Assembly: GCF_006345805.1 (NCBI RefSeq)
Contig: NC_043014.1
Coordinates: 45,136,001 to 45,200,000 of the forward strand
Reading direction: 5' to 3'
Source of the DNA: Octopus sinensis
Taxonomy: Eukaryota
Length of the DNA stretch: 64,000 nucleotides
Below, piece by piece: positions 25,755 through 38,461 of this stretch. The notes under the pieces are model-generated. The model was not told where the DNA came from, did not search any database, and saw nothing but the letters and a program-made list of their open reading frames with translations. Every line of letters begins with the position of its first letter. Within the stretch, counting starts at the first letter, position 1. The position numbers were made by a program, and so were the translations under genes.

Positions 25755-26039
25755 TTCAAGCATGACAGAAGAGCAGTTGCATTCTACATGTCTCAATGTC
25801 AAAATGATGTTACCCAAGCAGCTGATTTCTTTTGGGGGGTTTTGTTTATAGGTAAAGGGGAAGGCAGCGCCTATGACTTTACTGAAGGGGCTCCAAAACT
25901 GGTAGAGGAAAACAAAGAAATAAATGATAACTGACATGATTCAGCTAAAGTGCTTAAAAGCACTCAATATACAGGTGGTGGAGTCAACATATACATATAA
26001 ATGTATATTACACACACACATACACACACACACACACAC

Positions 26040-26074
<35 letters not shown>

Positions 26075-26647
26075 CAGGTGAACAATGAGCCAGGTGAACA
26101 ATGAGAAAAAAACCAATCCTTTTCCAATAAATATTGTTGTTTTGCTAAGTCACCTCTAGCTGAATAGATAATGAAATAGTCAATAACTAATCACATAGCT
26201 GGTGATGATCTATTAAGCAGTCATGTATGAAAACTCTATATTTATGTGGTCCTAACATACACAGTTGTACAGAAGATAAAAAAGGGAATTTTAAGTGCTG
26301 AGCTAGCACTTTGAACACCTGAACTGTGATTCCTTCTGTTATTTTTCTTGATAATTTTTAAGTCTAGCATGCTGTCGATTTTATGTTGCATAATATTTAG
26401 ATCACAGATGTCTGTTTTCGTCGGATCTTTTGAAAATCTAATAGACATCTGTGATTAAAACAGAATTTATTCTTCATATTCACAAAGATAATTTTTCTTT
26501 CAAATTTTCATCTTTGTTATAGATTTTTCTGGATTTAAAAATGTGTAAGAACATTCAAACAACTTATGATTTCATCAAAATTGAAACTATGTGGAATATC
26601 AAAAATATATGTGCTAAATATTTCTGACATGAGACTTAACAGATAGT

Positions 26648-26691
<44 letters not shown>

Positions 26692-27179
26692 ACAATACAT
26701 ATATATATTCTACAATACATATATATATTACGTATACTACATCAATGGTTCATAATGAATGGAAAGAACTATTAGGTATGTAAGAACCAGAATTTTGAGA
26801 AAGAATGAAAGTCATTACAAGTAATTAGAAAATATAGAAATCCTACTGATATTTGATATAATATATGATATAATTAGATGAACAAATGTTGAAATATCAT
26901 CATAATTAAGATGGAAAATATAGGTTAAGAATAACTGCTAATCTTAGAATGAGATAATAGAAGAGATGAAGTAAAAAGCAAGCTTAGTAATACTTGAACA
27001 TTTTAAAAATAGATTTTATTAAAAATGATGCCAATTTAAATGGCCCCTAAAGATATATTTATTGATCAATAACTGTATTTCTTTTTTTAAATATTCTTTG
27101 AGAAGATATTAAAACCTGCATATAGAAAATATCAATATTTAACACCTGTTATTAAATTAACACAAATGTCAACCTGTAA

Positions 27180-27900
27180 AGCTCCACCTGCAATTCTACA
27201 CTGCATTCACATGACCTGATTTGTTTTACAATTCAAGTATGCAGGGAATGACAGAGTTGGATACTTTCCACTGCTAAGAGTTATATTTCATTCTTGGCAA
27301 TTAATGGCCAGACAAAATAAACAACATACAAGTCTAGAGGTGTGGCAACACACAGTTGAATCTTGGTAATGTGTAGATTCATTGGTGTCTGTTCGGAATA
27401 ATATTCAGAATTGACTGACTGGCTTCCTAATAACATCACCATGACAGAATACTTCTAATGCAGCAAGGTTTGAAAAGATTCCATTGCCAAGACACAAAAG
27501 TCTCCTTATAACTCTGCTTAAAGGCTTAACTTTCATTAAAGGTTAACCTAAAACACATATAATGACCTAGTGTAGCTTCAGAAAATAGTCAACGATAAAT
27601 CTGGAAAGATTTAACTGAACTTGTTGGAAATATAGCACAACAAAATCCTAAGTGAATGCTTTAGATAATATAATGGCATTATTATAATTACTATCTAAAA
27701 TTAATACACAAATTCTTCAGAATTTCTCACAGTGCTCTGGAAATGTCACAGTGGAATACTTTGAGCTAAGAGATATTCTCCTTTTTGCACATTAATTTCA
27801 AAAAAATCGAAGTTTTAAATAAAGAAGCTAAGTGATGTTACAAATTAAACAGGTTTAAGAGTTAGATGTGAGATAGTCTAATTAGATGATGAGTTAAATT
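27180..27900 (+). mobile_element. Highly degraded hAT (GTF2IRD2-like) transposase
   Basis: Scattered motifs: ILHCIH (HCxxH), LERF, and EIFSFLHINFKKIEVLN (LAFLxDIxxxLNxLN). Confidence 0.4.
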
Positions 27901-29751
27901 ATTCTAAATATCAATAAAACTAATGACCTTGGAAAGTTGCAAAGACATACATTCAGCTTCTTTGTTTTAGAACAATACAAAATTTTTTTTAACATACAAT
28001 AGGATTATTTTGATAGATAATGTTTGATACATCTTGTCTAAATAGCTAATATGTTAACTAGAAATCTATATAATACAACAAATGAAGATGTTCATACCAT
28101 GAATGCTTCTTCTCAGTTATAAGTCAGGCTAATCTGATACAAATTTGATACAAAAAATGATAAACAAGCACAACATTTAGTTGAAAAGTGTAATTTGCTA
28201 AAGGCAGATTTTTTTTAGTTTCAATAAATAATATGATTAAAGTTGTTGGCCAATAACTAGATTTTCCTGAGCAATGTTATAATAATTTTACGTTTATTAC
28301 AGCTATGATTTAAAGTGAGAAAAAATAGCCATTTTAACTATTTAAACAATGAATAACAAATGTTTAACAAACGATAATGAAAATCTTCCTTGTTAGTGAA
28401 CCAAACTTAAAACTTATTTTTATCCACACTTACTGCTAGAAGAGACAGAACTTACTTGAGCTTTTCATGCCTTAATGTAAGAAACACCATTTATTTTAGG
28501 AAAAACATATTTCTAATGCCAGTTTTACCCATGGGACTGTGAAAATATACCACAACAATCAAATAGAACCAAGAATTATACAGTACCACCACTGCTGCTT
28601 CCAACAAAAAAAGTATTTATTAAAAACATTTTTAAGCAACATGTGGTCACTGAGAGATGTCTTCCCAAGATAGTAGTGATCAGTAATATACTTCAACAAG
28701 ATGTGGCCTGGTAGCCCCAATTCCAAACTGTTCAATAAGCTAGCAGGCCAAAGAGACGGTAGATAGTTTTAGTCTTACCCTCTTCCTCACAACAAACTTA
28801 CTCCCTTATGGGAACTTTTTGTACTTACAATTCGTAAACATAGACTGTCAGGAATTTCATTGTAACCATTTTATTCATTTTAATGTCTCAGCATGCTATA
28901 ACTTTGATTTATACAGCTATTAGATGAAATACTAGCAAAAGGAAACTATCAAAAGTTATTCAAACAAACCAAAAGATAATCTAGATCCAACTGTACAAAA
29001 TTCCCCAAATTCAATGCATTCTATTAACATTTCCACATAGATTAAATTGTAAAGAAACAGTATTAAGAAAAGTAATATAAATGCATGACTCAAAAATTAA
29101 TATTTTTATAACCTTTAATTGATTAATTTTTATCAACTGAAAATAAATTGATTATACTTAATCTAAAACTTTGATGTAGGAAATCTATATTTTTTATGAA
29201 TTCATAAACATAAGGTGGTTGCAAGCCTTCCACATACAATCGCTATGTGTTTGTATATGTGTATTGAACTGTAAAACATCTGCTCAAATTACATATACTC
29301 TGGTACACCAAATGTTAGTACAACCGTTATGTAATTAAAACAAACCTTCTTTATTCATCAGACTTTGAAGAAATGCCAAATTTTGCCAAACAGATAGATC
29401 TTTTTAGCCTACAGTGGCATGAAAAAATTGATGTATGAAGAATGCTTGTTGTAACATGTAAATTTTTAGCAGCCAATTTATGTGTCCAAACTTGGAGTTA
29501 TATGTCTTTAATATTTTTGGTGTCAATAAATCATCTTTTAGTGTTTTAACTCATGTTTGGTTTCTTTTACATTTACTTTTTTATTATTTGACTTATTACA
29601 AGTGGTTGTTGGAAATTGCCTTCACTATTCTCTCTGGTAATATATTAAGAGAACTGAGAGTCAAGGTTTAAACATAAAATTTTAAAACAAAATGAAGATC
29701 AAACCAATGATCTACTACAAATAGCAACCAAATCACCATAAAATTGTTAAA

Positions 29752-29914
29752 GACGGCTGTGTGGTAAGTGGCTTGCTTATGAACCACATGGTTCCGGGTT
29801 CAGTCTCACTGCATGGCACCTTGGGCAAGTGTCTTCTACTATAGCCTCAGGTTGACCAAAGCCTAGTGAGTGGATTTGGTAGGCGGAAACTGAAAGAAGC
29901 CCGTCGCATCTATG

Positions 29915-29962
<48 letters not shown>

Positions 29963-30170
29963 TGTGTTTGTTCCCCCAACATTGCTTGACAACCAATGCT
30001 GGTGTATTTACGTCCCCGTAACTTAGCGGTTCGGCAAAATAGACCGATGGAATAAGTACTAGGCTTACAAAGAATAAGTCCTGGGGTCGATTTGCTCGAC
30101 TAAAGGCGGTGCTCCAGCATGCCCACAGTCAAATGACTGAAACAAGAAAAAGAGTAAAAAAAAAAGAGTA
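29752..30170 (+). mobile_element. Full-length family B SINE
   Basis: High similarity to the copy at 3631, with an internal (TG)n. Confidence 0.9.
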
Positions 30171-30459
30171 ACACATGTCATTCTGAGTAAAAGATAGATG
30201 GTCTCAGCTGGAATACTTTTGAGAATAGCTCTGATCAGGCATAGTCTGGGGTGGGTTAAACAACAACAACAAACGTGAGATGGAATCCAGAAGCAGAAAT
30301 TAGACATTTGATGAACAGATGAGATGAACTTAACCAATGTTAAAAAGATGTGAGTCAGAATTCAACCAAAGTTGATGTTCATCTTACTAGAAACCAGAAC
30401 TTTAAAGGGTTGTTATTTTACTTTTTTCTGGGCATCTGCCCATCCAAGAATAATTACAA

Positions 30460-30780
30460 CCGTGTTTCGTGGTCTGCTACCACAACAGCTCCTTTATAGG
30501 ATCCAGTTAGCTCAAGACATCATCAGGAGGAACCACGTCCGGTTTCGGCCCCTACTCCTCTACCGTTTTGACGTGGTCCCCCCCCCCTTTCGGAGGTGTC
30601 TTCAGCTCTGGTGTTGGGTGCATGTCTTCTTTCTTCTGTTCCCTTGCCTCTTCGATGTATTGTCAGCCGATGAGTGTCAGCCGGTGACTTGACTGTCTTG
30701 TCAAATTTTTCCCTTTAAATACCTGTCGCATAGGCTCCAGCAGGTAGCCCCAGCAAGTTGTCACGTGACACTACTGCTAC
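30460..30780 (-). mobile_element. Penelope-like terminal-repeat fragment with hammerhead-like motifs
   Basis: GC-rich island. Reverse strand contains CTGAAGA, CCGAAACCGG, CTGATGA and CACGAAACACGGTTGTA, plus GTATTTAAAGGG, typical of PLE terminal repeats. Confidence 0.45.
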
Positions 30781-31435
30781 TGCCACAACTACAACCACTA
30801 CAGCCATTGCCACTATGCCTGCTACTGCTGCTGCTACTACAACTACTATATTGGACAAATGAACTGAAATCAATTACGAGTCAATGTAGTAAGGAAGATG
30901 CTGGCTTCATAGATTGATTTTTTTTACCATTGGCACATGGTGAACATTTGGGAGAAAGTGTAATCAATTAAATAAGCCCCATTACATGACTTGATACCAC
31001 AATTTCTCTGGCTCAAGGTCAATAATTTGGGTGATAGATTAAAAATTAAATTGACATAATAACAATATATTTTGAAACCACAAATAAATGATATTTACTA
31101 ACTTTTTCGATAAAACCAAATCTTCAAGTTCTGACAATAGGCAAGGTATGTAATGATATGTAATAATAAGATATGTAATGCAAAGAAGATTGACTGCAGA
31201 ACCAGTTAACTATTCAGAGTGTGTGTGTATGTGTGTGCGTATCATTGTTTTAATGTCTACTTTGCCATGTTTGCATGTGTCAGATGAAAGTATAGAAACA
31301 GAGTTTTCTATGTCTGGATGCTCTTCCTGATGCCAATCTCCACCCGTTTCCAACTAAGGGAATTTTCTCCCAATCTATGAAACAACAAACATCCCTGACA
31401 CAGTTATGCAGACAACTGGAAACAAATGACATGTA

Positions 31436-31838
31436 TACTCTCTTTTACTTGCTTCAGTCATTTGACTGTGGCCATGCTGGAGCACCACCTTTAATTGAGC
31501 AAATCAACCCCAGGACTTATTCTTTGTAAGCCTAGTACTTATTCTATCAGTCTCTTTTGCCAAACTGCTAAGTTACGGGGTTGTAAACACATCAGCATCG
31601 GTTGTCAAGCAATGTTGGAGGGACAAACACAGACATACAAACACACACATACACACATACATATATATACATATATATACATATATACAACGAGCTCCTT
31701 TCAGTTTCCGTCTGCCAAATCCACTCACAAGGCTTTGGTCGGCCCGAGGCTATAGTAGAAGACACTTGCCCAAGGTGCTACGCAGTAGGACTGAACCCGG
31801 AACCATGTGGTTGGTAAGCAAGCTACTTACCACACAGC
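31436..31838 (-). mobile_element. Full-length family B SINE
   Basis: Reverse complement of the family B consensus. Confidence 0.9.
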
Positions 31839-32019
31839 TGAGTTTTTTTTTTTCTTTTTGCTTACAAAGTTTGTGCAATATATCAAGACATGTCAAGAAG
31901 CCAGGACATGCTTTCATAGTGGACTGCAAGCTAACAGCACAGTCCACATAAGTAGTGAGGCCACTGTTTACAACCAGCAAGCACATGAGAAGATGAAGAG
32001 AAACATGAACTCCCTCAAA

Positions 32020-32170
32020 CACACACACACACACACAATAGGCTTCTTTCAGGCTCTGCCAACCAAATCCACTCAAAAGGCTCTTTTCAACCTGGGGCTA
32101 TTGTAGAAGACACTTAGCCAAGGTCCCACACAGTGGGACTTAACTTCTTAGCTACACAGCCATGCCTGCT
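32020..32170 (-). mobile_element. Family B SINE, 5' part
   Basis: CCAAATCCACTCAAAAGGC...GAAGACACTTAGCCAAGG...GTGGGACT. Confidence 0.75.
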
Positions 32171-32564
32171 ACTTATGTATATATTAGTCGAAGCATATTT
32201 TTTTATGGTTGTATTAATAAGTACACAAGTGGCTAACTTTAGTAAAACAGAGCAATTACAAACAACTTAAAGAGTCTCTGATCAAAAGCGGGCTGTTTAA
32301 CTATAAGCTAGAAGTTCCTGTTTGCCAGCAAGTTAACAAATAATCATATGTTTTACATAAAGTGAACAGTCAGAGTTATAATTAGACTTTATGAATGATT
32401 TGTGTGCAGTCTGTGTTTAGAGAAATCAAAGCTAAGAATTTCCTATACAAGAATGAAATAACAGTGCTGGTGACTCACAAAACTGCTCTATTTATTGTCA
32501 TCAGCAAATTAGCTACATGTCGTGTACATGTGCTTCAACAAGGAAGTCAAATCAATTGATTTTC

Positions 32565-32649
<85 letters not shown>

Positions 32650-32650
32650 G
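32565..32650. repeat. (AAT)n microsatellite
   Basis: Long perfect AAT array. Confidence 0.95.
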
Positions 32651-33079
32651 TAATAGAAACTATAGCAAAATGCACATTTATTTATGAATATTTCAGTGTT
32701 TTCAGGAGGCTGGGGGATAAATTACCAAATAGATTATTTAATATTTTAGCAGTGAGAATACTACCTAAACTATAACTGAGACATAACACAATTCAGGAAA
32801 ATTTTGGTTCTTCCTCGTTAGTCACTTTCCTGTTTGCTTTATGCTTCTGCTCAACAATGTTTAAAAGCATTCAATCCCTACTTACTCATCACTAAATTTT
32901 TTTTTTTTAATCTAAAATTCAATCATTGAGACTGAAGATTAAAAGAAAGCAAGGTTTGAATTATGTAAAAAAAAAAAATTATATGAATATATTTTTGCTA
33001 TCAAATTTCAAAAAAAATTTGTGTAAAAATTAGCAATCGGATCTCAATTCCAGCCTGTGAACAGCAAATAGAAGAACTG

Positions 33080-33231
33080 CAGGCATGGCTGTATGGTAAA
33101 CAATTTGCTTTTCAATCACATGGTTTCAGGTTCAGTCCCAGTGCGCAGCACTTTGGCAAGTGTCTTCTACTATAAACCAACCAAAGCCTTGTGAGTGGAT
33201 TTGGTAGATGGAAACTGAAGAAAGCTCATCC

Positions 33232-33265
<34 letters not shown>

Positions 33266-33303
33266 TCTCTCTCTCTCTCTCACTCTCTCTCTCTTTCTTT
33301 CTT

Positions 33304-33337
<34 letters not shown>

Positions 33338-33510
33338 CTTCCACCCCTTGACAACTGTTTATATCCTCATAACTTAGCACTTCAGCAATATACAGTAAGT
33401 GCCAGATTTTTAAAAAAAAAACCTAAGTACTGAACTTGTTTGACTAAAACCTTTCAAAGTGGTGCACCAGCATGGCCACAGTCCAATGACTAAAACAAGT
33501 AAAAGATAAA
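33080..33510 (+). mobile_element. Family B SINE, diverged, internal (GT)n(CT)n
   Basis: Head, core and tail all recognisable. Confidence 0.8.
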
Positions 33511-33714
33511 AGATAAGTAAACATGCATGTGTAACATTCAGAACATGATTTTTCAGGTAAACTATGTTAAACATGGAAGTGAATACTGCCAGAAGGCTTA
33601 TGGTACAGTGGTAAATGCCTTGAGTATCAACAATGATGTAGATTTGACTCGCTCCAGGCTCACATTTTATTTTCTTCCATGTTTGCTTAATCATCATCAT
33701 CATCACATCATCAT

Positions 33715-34218
33715 TTAACTGTCATAAAACTGACATGTAAAAAACACCTTTCGAGCATTGATCTTCATGGAGGCAACTGGCACCCATGCTAGTGGCATGT
33801 AAAAAGCCCCTTTCGAGTGTTGGGCCTCACGGATTCGATATAGCTGATGCAAATGTCACATAACTGGCACCCGTGCTGGTGACATGTAAAAAGCACATTT
33901 CGAGTGTTGGGCTCACAGAGGCTATGACAAATGACCAAGACCCTTGGCAATATGTCATGTTTGAGAAGAAGACCCGTCAAGCCAAGTGAAATCGTAGTCG
34001 TGGCAGATACTGGTATCAAGCAACTGGTACCCATGCTGGTGGCACATAAAAGCACCCATTACACTCTTGTAGTGGTTGGTGTTAGGAAGGACATCCAGCT
34101 GTAGAAACAATGCCAAATCAGACTGGAGTCTAGTGCAGCCCCTCAGCTTACCAGCCCTGGTCAAACCATCCAACCCATGGCAGCATGGACAATGGATGTT
34201 AAATGATGATGATGATTA
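33715..34218 (+). mobile_element. Family C element with several internal tandem units
   Basis: Repeated CATGTAAAAAGCAC...TTTCGAGTGTTGGGC units and the standard tail. Confidence 0.8.
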
Positions 34219-34399
34219 TGAGATATGAATATATTATATAAGATGTGTATAATATATTAAATATATTATATAAAGTGTATATATAATATAAGATGTTTAT
34301 ATTATATAAAATGTACAGATTATATAGAATGTATATATTGTATCCTTTTTTGTGGTGTATATTTCACGAAAAATTTCCAATTTTTAAGAATAATATGGA

Positions 34400-34745
34400 T
34401 GCTTTCTGACCATACAACTTTGGGTTCAGTCCTATTGCATTGTACCTTGGACAAATGTCTTCTGCTATAGCCTCAGGCCAACCAATGACTTGTGAGCACA
34501 TTTGGTAAATGGAAACTGAAAGAAGTGTGTGTGTGTATTGTCCCCCACCATTGCTTGACAGCTGGTGTTAGTGTGTTTACATCCCCATAACTTAGCAGTT
34601 TGGTAAAAGAGACTGATAGAATAAGGGTCAGGCTTAAAAAAAAATTATTACTACTGGGGTTGATTCATTTGGTTAAAAGTTCTTCAAGGCTGTGTCCCAA
34701 CATGGCCACAGTCTAATAACTGAAACAAGTAAAAGATAAAAAGAT
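34400..34745 (+). mobile_element. Family B SINE, older copy
   Basis: Diverged head, core and tail. Confidence 0.8.
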
Positions 34746-34841
34746 AGATATGTGAGAAGAATGGACAATATAAATATCCTGAGCTAACAGTATTTATAAA
34801 TTAGGCCTTTACATTCAATTGATCCATTTTTACACATAGTC

Positions 34842-35228
34842 GCAGGAGTGGCTGTATGGTAAGTAGCTTGCTAACCAACCACATAGTTCCGGGTTCAGTC
34901 CCACTGCGTGGCATCTTGGGCAAGTGTCTTCTGCTATAGCCCAGGGCTGACCAATGCCTTGTGAGTGGATTTGGTAGACGGAAACTGAAAGAAGCCTGTC
35001 ATATATATGTATGTGTGTGTGTTTGTGTGTCTGTGTTTGTCCCCCTAGCATTGCTTGACAACCGATGCTGGTGTGTTTACGTCCTCGTAACTTAGCGGTT
35101 CGGCAAAAGAGACCGATAGAATAAGTACTGGGCTTACAAAGAATAAGTCCCGGGGTTGATTTGCTCGACTAAAGGCGGTGCTCCAGCATGGCCACAGTCA
35201 AATGACTGAAACAAGTAAAAGAGTAAAA
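34842..35228 (+). mobile_element. Family B SINE, young full-length copy
   Basis: Nearly identical to the copies at 3631 and 60508. Confidence 0.9.
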
Positions 35229-35289
35229 GAATTAAGGTTTTTCCCATCTAACAACTATGATAATTTTCAACTCATTGATTCTTGAAATC

Positions 35290-35560
35290 TACCTACAATT
35301 TCTTGCTATATGCAGCTTCAGCTTCATAGGTAGTAAAAAATAAGTGTGAAACAGATAATCTAAACCCTACTATTACAATAAGCATTATACATTCTGTGCA
35401 TAGTTTATAGATTAGCTGGAATGTGTCAGACAAAATGTAACCCCATAAATAACTTGTTCCATGGCAGGACATAAACTTCCAGCCAACAATCAATGTGTTT
35501 AAGAAGTGATGCATCACTATTGAAGACAACATGCCTCCTTGACTGGCTACAGCAAATACT
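35290..35560 (-). mobile_element. Tc1/mariner-superfamily catalytic-domain fragment
   Basis: SQGGMLSSIVMHHFLNTLIVGW...SYLWGYI resembles QQDGA..H...VR.FLN..F..RW...DFFLWGY. Confidence 0.4.
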
Positions 35561-36816
35561 TTTTATAATAGTAACAACAATGTAACAGAAGTTATTTTAA
35601 TTTTTTGAAATTTAGTTAAACTAGATTAAAAATTTAGAAAAAAAAGAGATAAAAGATTAAAATTAGATGAGCGTCAGCAATTTTCCAAGTCTTATTCAAA
35701 GTTATGTTTCGTTAATGTACCTATAATGGAAATATTCATACATACGTAATTGATTCTATATTGCTTTACAGTTTATCTAGAGACAAAGATTAAATGGAAC
35801 ATTTATGGACACACTATAACTGTAAATATTTTGAATCCAATATCAAATGTAAAACCTATAAAACTATAAAATATTTTGTAATATAAAGTGAAATGTGTAA
35901 ACACACACACACACACACACCACACACACACACACACAGAGGCTATTGTAAAGTTTTTTGAATTATTAATCTGCATATTAAAATCAATGTCATGTAAAAA
36001 AATGTTTCACTTAAGATATTGTTTTATAAAACCATTTCAAACACTTTTTTCTATTAACACAATATGCCAAACAGAATATTTTAAAAATACAACTGTTTTA
36101 GTTTAAATAATGTATTAAAAGCAGACCTAGTGAAATATTTTATAGATAGCATGAATTAAAAATAAAGTTTTCATTGCTATCTTAAAGATACTTCAAATAG
36201 CATTAAGTTTTGAGAAAGCAATGATGTCTAAAAAAATGTATCGAGAGAAACTAAAAGAAAAATATTTTCAAATAGTGGAATAAATTTGAAAAAGGCAAAT
36301 GGGTAGCAATGTAACATACCAAAATTATAAAAATTTAAATGTGAACTGACATTTTTTAAAGCAAAAGTGGATATTAATAAATAAAGGTCAGTCACAATTG
36401 ATACTCCTGCATCTGATTTCTGATTTTGATGCACAGATCTTTCTAGATAAAGTAGTTCAAAAAAGTATGTTGTGAATGAAATAGCATTTTTTCACCAAAT
36501 AATAATTCCAGTATTAGGAACTTAGTTTTTAATTTACTGTTTCCCTTCTTACATAGGGACTTCCTTACTTAAATTATTACTTTTCTTGTCAGTTTAATTT
36601 CTTCCCTACCACCAACCGCTAAAACATATGTAGAATCTGTTGCCAACTCAACTCCAGTAAGCAAAAGCATTTGTCTTTTAGCACAGAATACAATGGCTGT
36701 CGTATTATCACCATATAATCACTATTCCAACACCAGCATTGTACTTTTTATTATTTAACTGCAAAATTTATTAATGATTATTCTATTTTTAGATTATTGA
36801 CAACTTCATAATAATC

Positions 36817-37340
36817 TGTTCAGCGACGTGCAACCGAACGCATACCCTCCATCAGACACCTACCATACTCTGAGCGCCTTGTTTCCCTGGGCATGGATTC
36901 ACTGAAGCTCCGGTGTCTGGTGATGGACTTGGTAAAAACCCACAAAGTTATCAACCACCTCACCAACAACAACACTGAACACCTTTTTGATCTTCAGGTG
37001 TCCAACACACGTGGACATGCCTACAAAGTCAGAAAACAGCACAGCTCCCATGACTTTCGGAAACATTTTTTCACGCTCAGAGTTGCTGAAGCATGGAACA
37101 AACTGCCTGCGTCAGTTGTTGACTGCCATGACACTTCATCCTTTAAGGCCCTCATGCTTTCCGAAATCCGCCGAAACTACACCTGATTGTCCCCCTTCCA
37201 TACTCATACACATATGTGTATGTCATGACTCATGCACTGTTCTTTTCCTGACGCTTGTACATTACCCTATGTACTATACATACACTTTAGATGAGTTGTG
37301 GTGCACCTGAGCACTGTACACAATGTTTTATTATTACTAT
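36817..37340 (+). mobile_element. 5'-truncated CR1-clade LINE with open ORF2 C-terminus and 3' UTR
   Basis: Open frame VQRRATERIPSIRHLPYSERLVSLGMDSLKLR...DL...K...TRGHAYKVRKQ...FRKHFFTLRVAEAWNKLPASVV matches the CR1 3' consensus. Ends in a (TATTAT/TATTAC)n tail. Confidence 0.92.
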
Positions 37341-37349
37341 TATTTTTTT

Positions 37350-37545
37350 AATGGAGATGTACTTGCATAGCGAGTAACTTGATCTGAGATCGTGTGCTGG
37401 AACGAAAACAATTGTAGCGCGGAAGGTGTTTATAAGCCATTTAAGAAACACACAAAACCGTTAGATTCACTTCAACATTTAAATTTAATTTCTCAAAATA
37501 TTTTCCTCGCTTTGAGACCGCGACCTCTTCACTGACAAAAGCTTT
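37350..37545. repeat. Probable Penelope-derived interspersed repeat
   Basis: CpG-rich island ending in TTTGAGACCGCGACCTCTTCACTG, resembling a decayed antisense hammerhead. Confidence 0.3.
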
Positions 37546-37610
37546 GTGCTGTAAAGCTTCGTGTTGTTTATAATAATGTTATTTCTTTTAAGAATTTGTT
37601 TAAACCTTAC

Positions 37611-37725
37611 TTCATAGCAATAGAATCCATTTTCTTTGACTGCACAATCCATAGTTGCTTTGTAAGCACTTATCATGCAAACAAAGCCTGCTACATTTGC
37701 TGGTCTCTTTGCCTTCAACTCTATT
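37611..37725 (-). CDS. Candidate 115-nt internal coding exon of an unidentified host gene
   Basis: Acceptor gtgtgtgcttgcacag, donor GAA/gtaagg. Open frame (x)IELKAKRPANVAGFVCMISAYKATMDCAVKENGFYCYE, with higher GC than the flanks. No partner exon or homolog established. Confidence 0.35.
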
Positions 37726-38224
37726 CTGTGCAAGCACACACAATAACAACAACATGTAGTATTTATATAGTGCTCCACAGGTCATCCTAAAACATTGGAG
37801 ATTCAACATGGCTCCTATCTTTATGGATTTTTAAAATCTTTCTCTGTGCCTAAATTGGAAGCATAAAACTGTGCTTCATACACAAGAAAGAAACTTCTCA
37901 AATTTTATCAACTATCAATCTTTAGATCTTTTCATCCTGCTACCATTGTAGAATTTATTATAAACAATTACTTCATTTTTGCTTTTCCTTTTCTGTGATT
38001 CCTACAATGGGTTCTACAGATTTGACACATGAAATGACACTTCTTGTCACCAAAGAGAGGCGAAAGTGATTCAACATGAAAAATAACTATTTTCATCACT
38101 TTGGAAACAGTGGAAGTATAAGAGATGGTTTAGCAGTTGGCAAGATTAGAATTATTTGCTTCTCAGATAAAAGATAAAAATCATGTTCCATGATTGATAC
38201 TTATTTCATTGATCTATGATAAGT

Positions 38225-38461
38225 AACAAAACTGTGGAAACCATGCCAACATAGACACTGGAACACAACACTGTCGGCTGACCTGTCAAAACATCCAACC
38301 CATGCCACCACAGAAGGCAAACATTAAAAGATGATGAGGAGGAGGAGGAGGACGACAAGGAGGAGGACGAGGACGAGGAGGACGAGGACGAGGAGAGGAC
38401 GAGGTGGAGAGGACGAGGGGAGGAGGAGGAGGGGGAGGAGGAGGAGGGGGAGGAGGAGGGA
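38225..38461 (+). repeat. Family C tail extended into a (GAG/GAC)n purine-rich tract
   Basis: CCAACCCATGCC...AAACATTAAAAGATGAT, then about 125 bp of GAG/GAC/GGG triplets. Confidence 0.8.

Noticed and set aside
33715-34050. Regularly spaced repeat units resembling a CRISPR array
   Set aside because: The context is eukaryotic, the spacers are themselves repeated, and there are no cas genes. This is the internal minisatellite of family C.
35290-35560. SQGGMLSSI read as a C-type lectin motif following the candidate exon
   Set aside because: The downstream FLN...W and LWGY motifs fit a Tc1/mariner catalytic domain better, and no suitable donor site exists.
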